Shown one piece after another: positions 1 to 13,420 of a DNA stretch of 64,000 bases. Each line of letters begins with the position of its first letter. Within the stretch, counting starts at the first letter, position 1. The DNA comes from Vezdaea acicularis (taxonomy: Eukaryota). A program made the position numbers and the translations under genes. The notes under the pieces are model-generated. The model was not told the DNA's origin and searched no databases. It worked only from the letters and a program-made list of their open reading frames with translations. Location of the stretch: the NCBI GenBank assembly GCA_026025075.1, contig JAPEUI010000017.1, forward strand, positions 1 to 64,000, given 5' to 3'.

Positions 1-2158
1 CACTACGAAAGCGCCCGCGGACGGACAGGGCGTCCCCAAAAAGGAATTTCCCTCCCCACAAATTCCAGCGCGGCAGATTGGCCGTGGGGCCGGTGGTGGG
101 CACGTCCGACACCGCTTCCTGTTGACGGTTGAATGACGAGGCTCTCACTTCTCGCTCGCTCTCTCGTGGCACCACGACCACCATCGCAACCTTCTTGCAA
201 AAAAGAAAATCCAGCCGGCGCTGATTGGCCAATGCGGGCAGCGTTTTGGGCATGCAAAAGTCCTGGGAATCGCTAGTCGGCTTCTCCTGGTGCAGCTCGC
301 TTGCCTCTGCGATCTCCATCGGGGGGGCCGGCCATTCGATACGGCTCTCGCCCTCGTCTGTCTTGCTCTCCTGTCATTCTCCACGCGCGCTACGCGATGG
401 CGAACGCTGCTCTGCATGCGCGATTTTGCTTGTTTTCCCTAGCGGGACGCCCGCCTTCCGCTCGCCATCATGCATCATCCGTGCAGCTTTTTCCCGTTCT
501 CACGAACGTGGACGACGGGGGGCAGCCTGATCTGATCCAGAGAAGAGAGCAGCGGCAGCAGCAGCAGCAGTAGCAGCGCGGCATGGCATGGCGTACGGGC
601 ACGGACCGCCCGAGTCCCGTGGGCTTTTTCTTGCTCGACGGCAAACTCCCCCAATCTGTGACCCTCGAGAAAAGCTGCGTTTTCCCCACCCCGTCGCGAC
701 GCCCGCTCTCAACTAATTACGAGCAGTCAGCAGAGCCAGGGCGCTGCGCTCGTATGGGCGTGGATCAATCGTGATATGCCCGGCTTTTGTCTCGTACGGA
801 AGAGGCCGTTTCGAACACGACACTTCTACTTCGTCGTCTTCCCTCGACTTCCTTCTTTCCTTGGCCCGGTCTAAAACTCGGCGCTCTGACGCTGCCAAGG
901 CGACCCTACCTCTCGAAGGCGTCGGGAAGTGGGTTGCTATCGGAGAGAGGGGACCTATAGGGCGATGGACCCTTTCTCCCACCCAGCAGCGCAAGTCGCA
1001 CGCAGCCCGTCACCCCACCCCGCCCGTCGACGATCTTAGTGGCCGATAACGCCCGGCCGCCCTAGCGAGGTCAGACGATCGCTTCGCCGCTCGAAAAGGA
1101 GAGAGGGGCGTCGTCGACTTGCAGATGAGAGAAGTCTTCCAGAACGTCAGGGACGCGCAGGGGGGGAGGAAATGCGCTTGGCAGTGGAGGGGAGTGGCTG
1201 ATGGAACGGATATGGATGGGCTCGAGCGGCTCTCTTGGCCCCATGCCTTTCGTGCTCGTTGGCAACTCACGCACTTATCATCGAACCTTTTGCCGAAGCA
1301 ACCCAAAAAAGCCACTATCGCTATCACTCCTTCCATCCTCTATCAGCGAAGCTGTGTTATTGCCGCGGCTCAACATAAGTCCGACACGGCTTTCCTTCCC
1401 CCCCCTCCTCGGCGAAGTGCCGATTTATGCAGCGCAAGGCTGATTGATGTCGGGGGCACCACTGCGATGATGGGGTCTGCTGAGCGGTTTCTCTCTCCCA
1501 ATCGCGCGGGCGGTATTACTCATCCGAAACCTCCTCATCGGTGCGAGCCCTCGGCGAATAGTTTCCCGAGCCCCGAGTTCGTCTCTTTCTCCATCCGTGC
1601 TGTAGTTGCACGGTACTGTAGCGCCCAAACAAGGGCAACCTCACGATTTGCATTTTCCTTCCCAACGTCATCCAACAACACCCCACCGTAACCACCACCT
1701 CCTTCCTCGCCGATAACTCCCGTACTGACTCTCTCACCCCTCCTTACAAATCCTCGTAAAGTTGCAAACAACTATAGCCCCAACGAAACTCGCCCCTTTA
1801 CCCCCTCCCCGCCCCTTCAATACCGAGGATTACCTCCCAAACCGCTCCAGACCAAACCTGACAAACCAACCCTTCCCCCCCCCCCACCTCTCCCTTCATC
1901 CGTCCACCCTCCTCCAACCCACCTCACGAACCCACCCAGACATCACCAACACCACCACCATCCTTCCCCAGAGCCCCGACAGCTGATCTAGCTCAACCAA
2001 CTAGCTCATCTAGCCCTACGACCTCTCCTCTTTCCCCCCTCTCCCCTTGTTCCTCCCGTCCGTACGTCGAGGAGAGAAACGAGCCAATGAGCTGTTGAGG
2101 CAGGAAACCGTGCTCCACGCCCAGCCCACGAGCTAGTACTTCTTCTGAAACTAGTTTC

Positions 2159-2189
2159 GTCTTGGTCTTGGTCTTGGTCTTGGTCTTGG
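2159..2189. repeat. (GTCTTG)n hexanucleotide microsatellite
   Basis: About 5 direct tandem copies visible. Confidence 0.9.
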
Positions 2190-3350
2190 GGCTACGGTCT
2201 AGTATGGTACCAGTACGGTGCGAGATGAGATGAGTTGAGGTAAGGCACGATGACGTACCCAACCCGCCAAGCCAGCCTGCCAAGGGGGAAGCTCGTGACG
2301 GAAACGCACATGTTGCGATGGAAGGGTCCTATTGCACGAGCGAGCGACGGCGTGGGGTGGGAGGGTATTATGCATTATTTGGGAGTTTGATGATGGGGGG
2401 TCAGCGTGGAGGTGGAGTTTCTACGTCTAGTATCTGGTGTTGTGGGTGGAAAGGAAAGTGGGTCACTTGGTGCGATGTTGATTTGATATCTTGCCCGAAC
2501 CCCCCTTTTATGGGTTTCCTCTCCTCGGTTTTAACTCAGGACACTCTACTTCTTTCTCTCGACTAGAATGTGCTTGTCTGTCAAGTATACCGCCAACGCT
2601 TCCTCCCTCTCTCCTCCTCCTCAATCCTACCCTCTAGGCCCCGTTATCCGCATACCCCATCCCTCTGAGCCTTGTTATGTCGTCTACTCTCCTCCTCTGT
2701 CTCATTTCCATCCTATACCCTCCTCACCCACCCCCAAAGCAGAACCCCCAGAAGCGTCGTACCCCACACACATAGCATCCCTCCATTCCCACTCATTACT
2801 CACTACTCTTCTCCAATCCCCGGGTCTGGTAAGTGAGTAAACAAAAACTCCACACCTCCCCCTACCCAACCTCAAACCCCTTCCAAAAAAAAGGGGGGGG
2901 AGGTACAGTATCAAACGAAAAAAATTCCTGTGTGCGCGCCAGTCTAGCCCCTGAGCGGCCGGCCGGCTTTGGTGGGGGGAGTCGGAGGCTTAGAGTAGTC
3001 CACCGACTTGCAAGGCGTTATTGTTCTTGCCATTATTATCAAATACCCCCTCCCCATCTCTCTCCCTCTCCCCGCTCCCCTCCCTTTCTTTGTCCCCCGC
3101 ACCTCCCATGTCGTAACGAACAGCGAGCGACATCTCAGACCCATATCATACGTGTCCTGTCTAAACCGCCTGCATCAGGAAGGAATGACGTGGCAGGGCT
3201 CCGGAGCCGTGACGAGTCGAAGTCTTGACGGAGAGGAGAAAGGAAAGGGGGGAGGGGAGAGAGAATAAGGGGTGAGGTTGAGAGGAGGCATCAAGGGTAT
3301 GGTATTTGGCAGAAACAAAGGGCCCGTTCAAGAAAAAAAGACAGAAGAAT

Positions 3351-3372
3351 GAATTGAATTGAATTGAATTGA
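3351..3372. repeat. (GAATT)n pentanucleotide microsatellite
   Basis: About 4 tandem copies just downstream of the SSK1 stop. Confidence 0.85.
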
Positions 3373-3514
3373 TCCGGGTATCTCGCATCCAAATAACTTA
3401 TACTTCTGCTTTCTGCCCACTTTTCGCTGTTGAGCTGTGAGCTAAGCCATGTTGCTTTCTGTTTTTGTCCCATTCCCCTGTCTTTGGCCCAATCCCCGTA
3501 TACAGGGACATCAC

Positions 3515-3838
3515 TCACGCACCAACCCCAACCCCCCGGCCAGCCGTACCCTCCTCCTTAACCCCATCCAAAAGACTCTTCTTCCTCGCGCCCTTACCCA
3601 GCACGCCCACGCCCAGCGTCGTCGCCTTCGCCCCGGCGGCGCCCGCGGCACTGCTGGAAGAAGCGGCGGCAGTGGAGCCGCCTTTTTGCGAAAAATCCTT
3701 CCACTTGCGCCAGCCGTCAAAGTCGATGAGTGCTTGCATGCAGCCCCATTCCATGACCTTGCGCTCGAGCCAGACGAAGTTGACGGGCTGGAGAAAGAGG
3801 GTGGGGGGTTAGTCTGCTGCTCACGGCGATCCGATGAA

Positions 3839-3899
<61 letters not shown>

Positions 3900-5957
3900 A
3901 GGGAATAGTTGGAAAAACGTACTTTGGTCAGGAAATCATTACAGCCAGCCGCCAGCGCCTCGTGCCGATCACTCTGCAGGCTACTCGCCGTGAGCGCAAC
4001 GATGATGACGGGACTCTTGAAGAGCACCGTATTCTCCAGCCGATCCTTCTCCTCGAGATCGCCCTGCACCGCCACATGCTGCTCCTCCGCCTCATCCACC
4101 GCCGCCGCGCAGCTCTTTTCCCCCGCCTTCCCCCCCTCTTTACTCCCCGAGGCCGTCCCGCTAAACACGCCTATGCGGTTAACACGCTCCAGTCGGCGCA
4201 CCTCACGCGTGGCCTCCAGCCCGTTCATCACGGGGAGTTGAATGTCCATCAGAACCAAGTGGAAGCCGCCGGCGCGCCATTTCGTGACGGCTTCGCGGCC
4301 GTTCATGGCGGTTTGCCAGCGCACTTTCAGCCGCTTCATGAATGCCTCGAGCAGCTTCAGGTTGATGATGTTGTCTTCGACGATGAGGACGTTGATGGGA
4401 GGGACGGTGACGGTGCCGTCGAGGAGGGTGGGGCGCAGGGTCGGGGGGGAGGCTTTGGGGGGTTTCTTCTTGGAGGGGCCCGCTTTGGGGGCGGTGGTAG
4501 TTATGAGAGAGAGCGGGGCGGATGGGGGAGGCGTGGCGGTGCGGCGAGGGGTGCTGGAGTCTGTGCTGCCGAGAGGGGGGTCGGGAGGCGGAGGTGCGGG
4601 AGGCGCGGTGGAGGAGTCTGTGGGGGATGTCAGATATTCGTGCTTTGAAATCGAATCCACAGCACAGCGAAGAGTGCACCAGAGACGAAATAGACTAAAT
4701 ACCATTTATGACTCCCTGCGGCGTAGAGATCAGCGTCGGAGAACTCGTGTGGGTCCGTCCGGCCTTGGGTCTCATGCTGTTATGCCTGGGTGGCCGTCCT
4801 CCGGGACTGGGCAGCGACGGGGCTTTTCCGGTGTTCAGGATGCTCATGGCGTGTGGCTGGGCCATTGCCGCTGCGGAAGTGGGCGGTAAACTCGGTGAGA
4901 TGGTCGTGGGCATCACCGGGAAATAGTCGCCCGGCTGGAGGCCTTCGTAGTAATGCGGGTTCATTGATCGTGGGGATGCTCGTGGCGTGCGTCGTTGAGG
5001 TACTTCGATCACCAAGGCTTCGTCTACGGATTGGCCACCGGGGAAGTATGCGTCGATGGTACGAGCGATATGTTCGTCTGGCTTAAGGCATCGCTCCCCT
5101 TCGTGCAGATGCCGGTTCGCATGTTCGCGCGGTACGACTCGGAGCGTGACGTCTGGAGCGTCAAAGCAGCGGCCGAGAGAGTTGGCATACTTGCGCAGGA
5201 TCATATCCCGTACGTCGTCGACGAGGTCGTCTTCGTGGATCGTGACGAGTGTTGCGGAGGCTCCCGCGCGTTTGACCCATATCTTCCGGGTGACCATATT
5301 TGCCGTGATGGCGGTAGGAGTCTTAGCTTTGATGGTTCGACTGCTATCAAAGGACGAGCGATCCCCTTCGCTTTCGAGGAGTGTGTTGATGAGAGCCGTC
5401 TGTGATGCTGGGATGAGAGATTGCTTTCGAAAGCCGTCGACAGACCGCTGGAAATGTGTAGGCAGAGGTGGAAAGGTGGGTGTTGAGACTGGCGGTGCGA
5501 GTGACGGAACGATGTGAGATGTCCTTGTTAGCTCATGTATATCATGCGGCTCTTTCTTAGGACTAGGAACCGTCTCCCAATCGGCCTCTCGCGGGGTCCG
5601 TTTCGAGCTTGGACTGACTGGATCCTTCTCTTGATAGCTGGACGTCGTTGGGTTGATTGACGATGGGACTCCGTAAGTAGGTTGCAGATCATTAACGTTT
5701 ACAGACCCGCTAAGTGCCGATGCCGAATTCGCTTTCGATGTCGATGGCCCTTCTCCCTGCTCTACAACGTTCAGAGGCCCTGCTCGGAGATTGCTCGTCG
5801 AACTGTTTGCAGACAATGAAGGAGAACTCTTTTTCTTCGGTTCTTCGCCATCGTCGCCGCCGCCGCCGTCCTCATCTCCAGTCGAGGCTGACGAAAGGCC
5901 TGAAACGCGCCGCAAAAGCTTAGCCCCATTTTTCAATCGCATCCGAAATTCTACCAT
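3515..5957 (-). CDS. SSK1: Response regulator of the Sln1-Ypd1-Ssk1 (HOG) pathway; 3 exons
   Basis: Receiver domain INVLIVEDNIIN...FHLVLMDIQLPVMNGLEAT...ALAAGCNDFLTK|PVNFVWLERKVMEWGCMQALIDFDGW; N-terminal RKIWVKR...DDLVDD motif. Introns 4702-4618 and 3922-3788 (GT..CAG with branch sites). Start could alternatively be 6020. Confidence 0.95.
3844..3896. repeat. (GA)n microsatellite inside the last SSK1 intron
   Basis: Run of roughly 26 GA units between donor 3922 and acceptor 3788. Confidence 0.95.
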
Positions 5958-7269
5958 GCTGAGGGTTGTTTGACCGATAGGTGCTTTGACAGATATAGGC
6001 CAAAGAGGGCCGAGACCCATTGAAGGAGTGTAGATGCTGCTATGCCAGTTTGAGATGGTAAGGACCGTATGAGCGAGCGACGGTAAAGTGTAGTTGATGA
6101 GAAAATGCGGACTTGGTGGAGGTGTGTCTTGCCGCTTCTGCTGGAATAGTGCTGGATACGGCCGAGCAATTTATAATTTCAGCCTTATAGTGAGCATAAC
6201 AACGACCGTCGATGCTCTTATAAGGAAGCAGCATTCACTTGTAGTAGTATCCAAGAGGCTTGATTCACTCTTTGAGAGGGTTGCATGGCTTGCCGGCTTA
6301 CACTATGCCGGGACAGTCCATCTGCTGGTCTCCACAATGATGCTTGACCATTTGCAGCGTTCAAAGTCACCGCCCATCCGGCCCTCCCGCCATCACATAA
6401 ACTTAGCGTGAAACTTTCAGCTCCCCTATGAATTCGCCGTTTTCAGGGTTTGAAATAGTCATCAAAACAAGGCAGCTGACTGCCGTCTGGGTTCTTCAAT
6501 TTGATTGGCGCCGAGAACGTCCTGGGATCAAGATTTTATCACATGCACGCGCGGATGCGAGGATACAAAATAATATCACCTTGCAAGTTTTTCTCTGTCC
6601 TCAGTAACAATACAAGTTTGATTTTCATTGAGCAAGTGAAATGCCGCAGTAAGTGCTGAGGCTGTGGAATGAATGTAAAGATGCAAATGCCCCCCCTCGT
6701 TGTGTCGCCGATCTGACGCTTTCTACAATCAAACAGAAATGTCCCTAGCTATCAGAATTCCTGCAGTATGAGAAGAAATGAATGAGAGTTGGGATGATAC
6801 CGCGGTCCGGGACAAACATGAAAGCCAAGCAGATCCTTTTCCTGGTTGCAACCCACCCTCCGTTGATGGATATCTGATGATGAACTCCCAGCGCAATGAA
6901 TATAAGAGCGAAACCCGATGCTGAATGCGAAGGCACGGAAAAACCGACGCAAGATCCTCCCTCATGTCTGATAACGCGCAGAAGGATCGTGCGCGAATAG
7001 GATATCTTTCAAAGCAGCCACGCAATATGCCATGTATCACAAGATCCTGCATACAACACCCTAGTCGCCAATGGGCGGACTATCCGTGGATGATAAATTA
7101 GAAAGACGTTTTGCCACAGGCCTTACCCACGCAAGGACTGAAGTTCGAGTCATAACAAGTCAATCGCTTTGATCCGCCGCGGATGATGTCCGAATTAGAG
7201 AGCCGTGATACGCCGCCATTAATGAACCGAGTACGCCGGTGTCGTCTGCAAAGAAATCTTCATAAAAAC

Positions 7270-8994
7270 CTATCGCCCCATCATGTAGTCCGAGTATTGT
7301 GCGTTGCTACCGTTCATCGAAGGTGCAGCCCCGTTTGGTCCCATTCCGCTGGCCATCTGTGAACCTCGGAAGCCATTCATCATGCCACCACTTACTCCAA
7401 ACGCAGGGGCGCCAAATGTGCCGTTCATCATTGGAGCAGTGATGGGGCTGGAAATGGTAGGGGTGGGTCCGTTAGGCATTCCAAGCGAGGTGTTGAGGCC
7501 AGGAGGAGCAGAAAGACCAGGTGGAGGCCCATTAGCGGAGGAAAACGGCTGGCTGGAAACGCCGCCCATAATACCATTCATCCCGGCCATGGCACCATGG
7601 GGTGTAGTGGGGGTTGGTAGACCAGATACGTTGTTTTGCTGTCCGGAACGAACTCCTAACGGGTTTTTAGAAAAGCTCAGTCGGATGCCGCCCTTCACGC
7701 TATTGTGAAGCGGATGGCCATACAGTTCATTGAGAGCCTTCGTAGCAAAAGACACATCTTCAAATTCCACAAAGCACATAGGGCCGTTCTGCTTGGTGCG
7801 AAAGCAGAGGCGTTTATATCCTCGTTGCTTCGAGAACATGGCTTTGAGTTCGTCTTCAGAAGTGTCGATCGGAAGATTGCCAACGTAAAGCGTGTTGCAT
7901 GGAGGATTCTGATCTGCTGGGTTGACTGGTGGATAGTTGGGTCGGTGGTAGTGCTGGCTCGCCATCGTATAGTTCTGATTCGGCCCGGGCCCATTCATCT
8001 GCATAGGAGACATTGCAGAGATAGGGGTCGGAACTGACGTTCCTCGATTCGGCGAGACGTAACCCGGGCCGGCGGGGATTGCATCATTGGTTGTCAGTGA
8101 GAGACTCGCAAATCGAGACAATGGTGGCTGAGTTTGAGGGTTGGTCGCCCGACGAGGCATCTGAGCTGTCGAGTGCCCGTTCTTGGCGAATGCGACAGGA
8201 TCCTTCAGTAGCTCTCCCGTCTCGTCATCATCCACCGAGTCGCTGTTGATCACAGACTTGCCAGTCACTCGGGACCGTTCATTCAGCTGATTCCCTATCG
8301 GTGACTGTGGCGAGAATAGATTCTGGAAATGGGAGTTGGGCTCGGGCATGGGGAACTCGCCATTGGTCGTCGCGTTGCCATTGTTGAGAGCCTGGCTCGC
8401 GGACGGAGGCGATATTCTCTCCATCGATTGGAACGTGCCATTGAAGCGGGATGGTTGACGGGCGCCTGCTCCGTTGGAAGAGACGGTGGAAGAACTCGAG
8501 CTTGAAAGCACACGATTACCCGGTCCCTCGTTGGTATTTCGCCTCGTCAAGTGCGCACCCGAGACAGGGCCAGGCAAGACATCCACCACCATCATCGCAT
8601 CTCCATCACTGTTGGGCTTCCCGTGGAGCATGTCTTTTGCGTCGTGGGCAGCCGATGCGGTTCGGAATCTACTTACAGCGGAGGCGAAGCCCTTGTCATC
8701 GGGTCGTTCGGTCATCACAAACTCGGAGTCGATCCAGTCTTTTGCCATCATGAACATGCTGCGCAACTCTCGGTCATTGATCTTTTGTGGCAGTTTCCGA
8801 ATGAGAATGGTCGAGTGCGCGTCCATCGTGGGCGTGGCGGCATTCGATGAGGTGATGCGTTCTGCGGTGGTCGTCGAAGGGCTGAACGGGCCCGACTCGC
8901 CGATTGGAGGCATGGCGAAAGTGGGATAACCGGGATTCGAATATTGCTGCGACTGCGAGACCGTCGCGCTCGAACTGTACTGCACGGCACTCAT
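7270..8994 (-). CDS. WHI3: Whi3/Whi4-family RNA-binding protein
   Basis: C-terminal RRM NPADQNPPCNTLYVGNLP...KRLCFRTKQNGPMCFVEFEDV...GGIRLSFSKNPLGVR; degenerate N-terminal RRM. First in-frame ATG is 8994, but the frame stays open to about 9330. Confidence 0.93.
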   Translation of the reverse strand: MSAVQYSSSATVSQSQQYSNPGYPTFAMPPIGESGPFSPSTTTAERITSSNAATPTMDAHSTILIRKLPQKINDRELRSMFMMAKDWIDSEFVMTERPDDKGFASAVSRFRTASAAHDAKDMLHGKPNSDGDAMMVVDVLPGPVSGAHLTRRNTNEGPGNRVLSSSSSSTVSSNGAGARQPSRFNGTFQSMERISPPSASQALNNGNATTNGEFPMPEPNSHFQNLFSPQSPIGNQLNERSRVTGKSVINSDSVDDDETGELLKDPVAFAKNGHSTAQMPRRATNPQTQPPLSRFASLSLTTNDAIPAGPGYVSPNRGTSVPTPISAMSPMQMNGPGPNQNYTMASQHYHRPNYPPVNPADQNPPCNTLYVGNLPIDTSEDELKAMFSKQRGYKRLCFRTKQNGPMCFVEFEDVSFATKALNELYGHPLHNSVKGGIRLSFSKNPLGVRSGQQNNVSGLPTPTTPHGAMAGMNGIMGGVSSQPFSSANGPPPGLSAPPGLNTSLGMPNGPTPTISSPITAPMMNGTFGAPAFGVSGGMMNGFRGSQMASGMGPNGAAPSMNGSNAQYSDYMMGR

Positions 8995-11105
8995 CACGTT
9001 GACAGTGAGGGCACGCTCCGCGAGCGTGGTCGGCTTAGTAGAGCGATGGCCTTTTCGAAGTGAGATGGTTTGAAAGAGGTCAGCAGAATTTTGCGACGCG
9101 GTATCACCACATGCGACCGAGCTGTCGCGGGAACAGGGTTGGCGGACGTGATAGCTACGGCGGCCGCTGACTGGCTGCCGACGTAGGATGCGGGAGATAA
9201 AAGAGGGGTCCGCTGGTTCGATGTCTTGCCTCGCCTTTTGGGGCTGGAGCAGACAGCTTGTAATTATGCGGGGGCAATGAAGGCGTGCGGTGGGGGAGAG
9301 AGATATAGATGGTTGGCCCCAATGATGCAAGGTCGTCGAGGGCAGCGTGAGGTGAGAGGCCGACAGTCGTGGCCCGGATGCAAGAGAGGTGCAACAAAAG
9401 TATGCTGAGGTAGGGATGGCAGATCAGGCCTGGATCATTTAATGAGGGTGATGAGGGCAGAAGGTGAAGGGAGGGTAGTGGAGGGGAGAGGATGGGAGGA
9501 GAGGGGAGGGGGAAATGGCTGCGAGATTATTGATCGGGGGAGAGGGAGGGCCGTCGAGCATTATACAGTGCCTGACAGTGCTTGATCCGGGCGCGCCATT
9601 ATTTCTTTGATCCATCAAAAGACAGGAGCACACCAGCGCTCACGCACACAAGCACGCACGACACCGCACACAACGGCGGAGGCACAGGTTCGAAGGGCAA
9701 CGCAACGACGAAAGAGCGACGGAGCCACTGTGGGCCAGGCAGGAGGGGACGAGGGGAGCATTCACGGCCGTCCGGGGCAGGAGTTGCGGGCGTGGTGCCT
9801 GCGGCCGACGGAGGGGGATTAGCGGCATGGCTAGCGGCCTCCACTAGCGCGATTCGACCTCGCTCGGCCGCCAATCACATGCGTGGGAGCAGGCCCGCCG
9901 CCCTGCAGCGCACCACCACCGCGCCCCCCAAGCGCACCCCAAGCGCACCCCAAGAGCACCCCCAATTTCTGGTGCGCCGGCCATTCAGGGCCCACGGACG
10001 TCCGTCTTTTCTGCTCTTCATCTCCATCATCGAGGGGGGAGCTATGGCGCTGCGACCTGCTGGACGACATGTCGTGCAACGCGCTTGAGCCCTCGAGGGT
10101 CCTGGCAATGTCGCGCGCGAATCCTCTTGCGGGTCTGCGGGTCCGCGGGCCTGCGGGTCTTGCGACATGCCCCCGCGCTCCCTCTGCCATCGCGCGGGAT
10201 CGCCCCACCGGCAATCGACAGAGCGAAGCAAGACCATGGACAAGAGAGGGACACGGCTGAGCCGGGCCAGCTAATCGCGATCGGCTGCACCACATGGAGC
10301 GTCGCTGATTTCCGCATGGTGGAGGGAGAGGACGAGGGAGATGATAAGGTCGGAGAGAGGGCCAGCAGCGAACGGAAATGCTTCCGAGCGAAGCAGAGCA
10401 ATGAATCCCCCTCGTCCTGGCCCTCCGCGCATCGTGCGATGCCATACAGTAGTCCGCCCCGGCGTGCCAGCCCAACGGGCGATCAGCGATCGTGTCTCAG
10501 CGGCGGCCGCAACTTGGCCGTGGCTGCCGCTGGCCTGCTCCAACTGCCGACCACGGGTCTCGCCTAGCCGACCAATCAAGGATGCCGGCACCGCCGCAGA
10601 CCCCGGAGGACCCTGAAGACCCTGCGCCGATGCGTGGAGAAAGGTCAACGCTACCCGCTTTAGCCTCTCGCCGTCCCACTCAGCCTCGTGTCCCCGGGGG
10701 TGACTGCTGCCAAAACGTGGAGTGGTGATCTCAGTTCCTGCAGATGCTCCTGTGCGACCTAACAGCGCCAAAAACAAAGCACAAGTCTTGGACCAAGCCA
10801 GCGACCTGAGCTCCGTTCAACCTTCCCAAGCTCCGTCGTCTCCAGCGCCCCTTCTTCTACTCCACCAGGACCATACCACGTACTTTCCCAATCTCGTCGA
10901 CGACAGCGGTCCGTGGGCACGCTCGCAAAGGCTCAAACCTGGCCAATCGTGGCTAGTCATCACATTTGACGTTCGAGATGACGTATCTTCACCGCCTCCA
11001 TCCTCGCAGACGCGTGACTAACGGGATTCTTCAGATCTTAGCTCCTTTTGCCCCCGAACCCTCTCACGTGGACCTCCGGCAAGTCCCGCCCTCAACCTCA
11101 TCAAG

Positions 11106-13041
11106 ATGCCCTCGAAACGGAAGGTGAGGAATCCCGTCGCCTCGGCGGATAGGAATTCAATCTATTCGAAGGCACGCCAGGAACAACTCCGTCTGCAATC
11201 GCAGAAGCTGGCCGCAGGCGCCTTGACGAGGGCTCGCCTCAGCTCCTCCGGCATCTTCAAAGCCTTCGTGCTTCTCCTGTTGACGGCAGTATGTTCTGCC
11301 GTCACGAGAAGGAGCCTCTCTCCTGTCTATGGCTCCATTCCGGCGTCCCTCTACCACGCGGAAGCAATTGGGGCAGTCTTCATCCTGGCATGGTCGGCAA
11401 GTACGATGTTCACAAGATGGATGGTATCCAAGCATTTGGCGCGCTGCCTCCCCTTGATCGCGTTTTGGATCCCCACAATTCAATATTTCATGTTCGCGAG
11501 GAGTTCTGAACTTGGCGCGATATGGGGTCCATTGGTCACGCAGTCGGTGTCGTTCTATCCCCTGCTTCTCTGCTCAGCCGTGGTTGCGGCCGCTCCCCTC
11601 GATTACTTCTATATCGGCAGAAATGACTCTCCGAACATGGAGAGGGTGATTGAGGCAGTGGCGGGGTCTGTCCTATATTCAATCTTTAGACTGACGGATC
11701 ACTACTTTTCTGCAAGCGTACTGCCTAGAGTCGTTGGCCTGGGTTCTCTGTTTGCCACCCCGTCTCTGCAAACCTTGATTGCTGGCGTCTTTGCCCTTCT
11801 AGTGCCTTCAAGACTTCTGTTTCTCGTCATTCCATCTCTGATCCATTCGGCATTCTTCAATCTCCACATGCCCTTTCCATGGACCACAGCAGCGCTAAAC
11901 ACAACTCTTCAGACGAACCTTGAGTATTCCCTGCTAGCTCGACAAGAATCCCTGACAGGCTATATATCCGTGCTAGATAACGAGAAGGACCACTTCCGTG
12001 TGCTGCGATGTGATCATAGCGTGCTTGGTGGAGATTGGTTAAGACCGCCTCCAGGTCACGAGCACACGTCCAAAGTCCGTGAACCTGTTTACTCGGTGTT
12101 TGTCATGCTAGAGGCTATCCGCTTGATTGAAGTGGACTCGAGCATACCCAGAGATGACACATCAGAGAACGCATTGGTTATGTAAGTAAAAAGGGGGGTT
12201 TTTTTTTTAGCATAGTGAAGAGACGACTTCGTGCACGCTCTCCATTTTCTTCTCCACCATAATGAAGGAAGCTAACAGTAAGATACAGAGGACTTGGGAT
12301 CGGAACTTCTGCCACTGCTCTCATTGCACATGGTATCAACACGACAACGGTCGAGATTGATCCCGTCATTCGTGATTACGCTACCGAATACTTCGCATTG
12401 CCGAAGAATCATAATTCAGTAATCCAGGATGCCCTGACTTTTGTAGACGACAACCAAAATCTTTCCTTCAATTATATCATCCATGACGTTTTCACGGGAG
12501 GCGCCGAACCGATAGATCTGTTTACCTACGAGTTCCTGTCGAAGGTCGCAGGAATTCTAAAGCCAGATGGCGCAATTGCTATAGTAAGTTCCAAGCATTA
12601 CGCCCTTGGCTGTGTTTCATTTCTAACCTTTTGCTCCAGAATTTCGCTGGAGACGTGGCATCACCCACAGCGCAATCCGTCGTGCAAACTGTGAAAGCAG
12701 TTTTCCCATCATGTCGGATCTTCCGGGAGGATAAAGCGCCAGAAGTCGCAAATGTAGACAGAGACTTCACGAATATGGTCATCTTCTGTATCAAAGCCAA
12801 CTCAGCCTTCTCCTTCCGTCAACCGGTAGAGGCAGACTTCCTAGAAAGTCACGCCAGGAGACATTATTTGTTGCCGGAGCACGAGGTCAACCTAAGCCAG
12901 TTCAGCTCGAGGGGAAGCAAAGGTGTTCTTTTGAGGGAGGGCAATGCGGAAGTCCTGGGCGAGTTACAGAAGGAAAGCGCGGTCAACCATTGGAGTATCA
13001 TGAGGAATGTTCTACCACACGGCGTTTGGGAGGCTTGGTAG
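11106..13041 (+). CDS. Multi-pass membrane protein fused to a spermidine/spermine synthase-like SAM-dependent domain; 3 exons
   Basis: Hydrophobic N-terminal half, then ESLTGYISV, LRCDHSVLGG, ALVI|GLGIGT, VEIDP, YIIHDVFTGG motifs. Introns 12182-12288 and 12584-12639 join the ORFs in frame. Confidence 0.88.
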
Positions 13042-13420
13042 GTCTCTCTGCCAAACTTGGATATAGAATAGCATAGCACTTTTTTTCCCAACTCAAATCC
13101 ATCCTGTCCTGGTCCGTCACAATATTCTTAGTCCACGTGCAGGTGGCCTCCTTTCCGGTACTTTTGTTCTCACGCTACATGACGTCTAACATAAAATACG
13201 TCGCCCGTACACTTTATAGATAATCCTTACTTCTCAATAATACTAGGTCAAATAGCACAGAAAGATTTTCGAATATATTCACTTTCTTCGTGTCAATCGG
13301 GCTCCGTCACGTGGTGGTTTCGGCACCGTTTCGCGAAGCGGGCGGCAAAGTCGCCCCACAGCCTCATAGACTTCTATCGATCTCCAACTTCACCAGCTGA
13401 CCATCTCCATCCTTTTCAAG

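Noticed and set aside
1..3450. Many overlapping short ORFs
   Set aside because: Low-complexity GC/CT-rich DNA with no recognisable protein motifs or consistent splice pattern; probably regulatory or UTR sequence.
3449..4648. 399-aa plus-strand ORF with an (ER)n tract
   Set aside because: Antisense shadow of SSK1; the ER repeat is the intronic (GA)n microsatellite.
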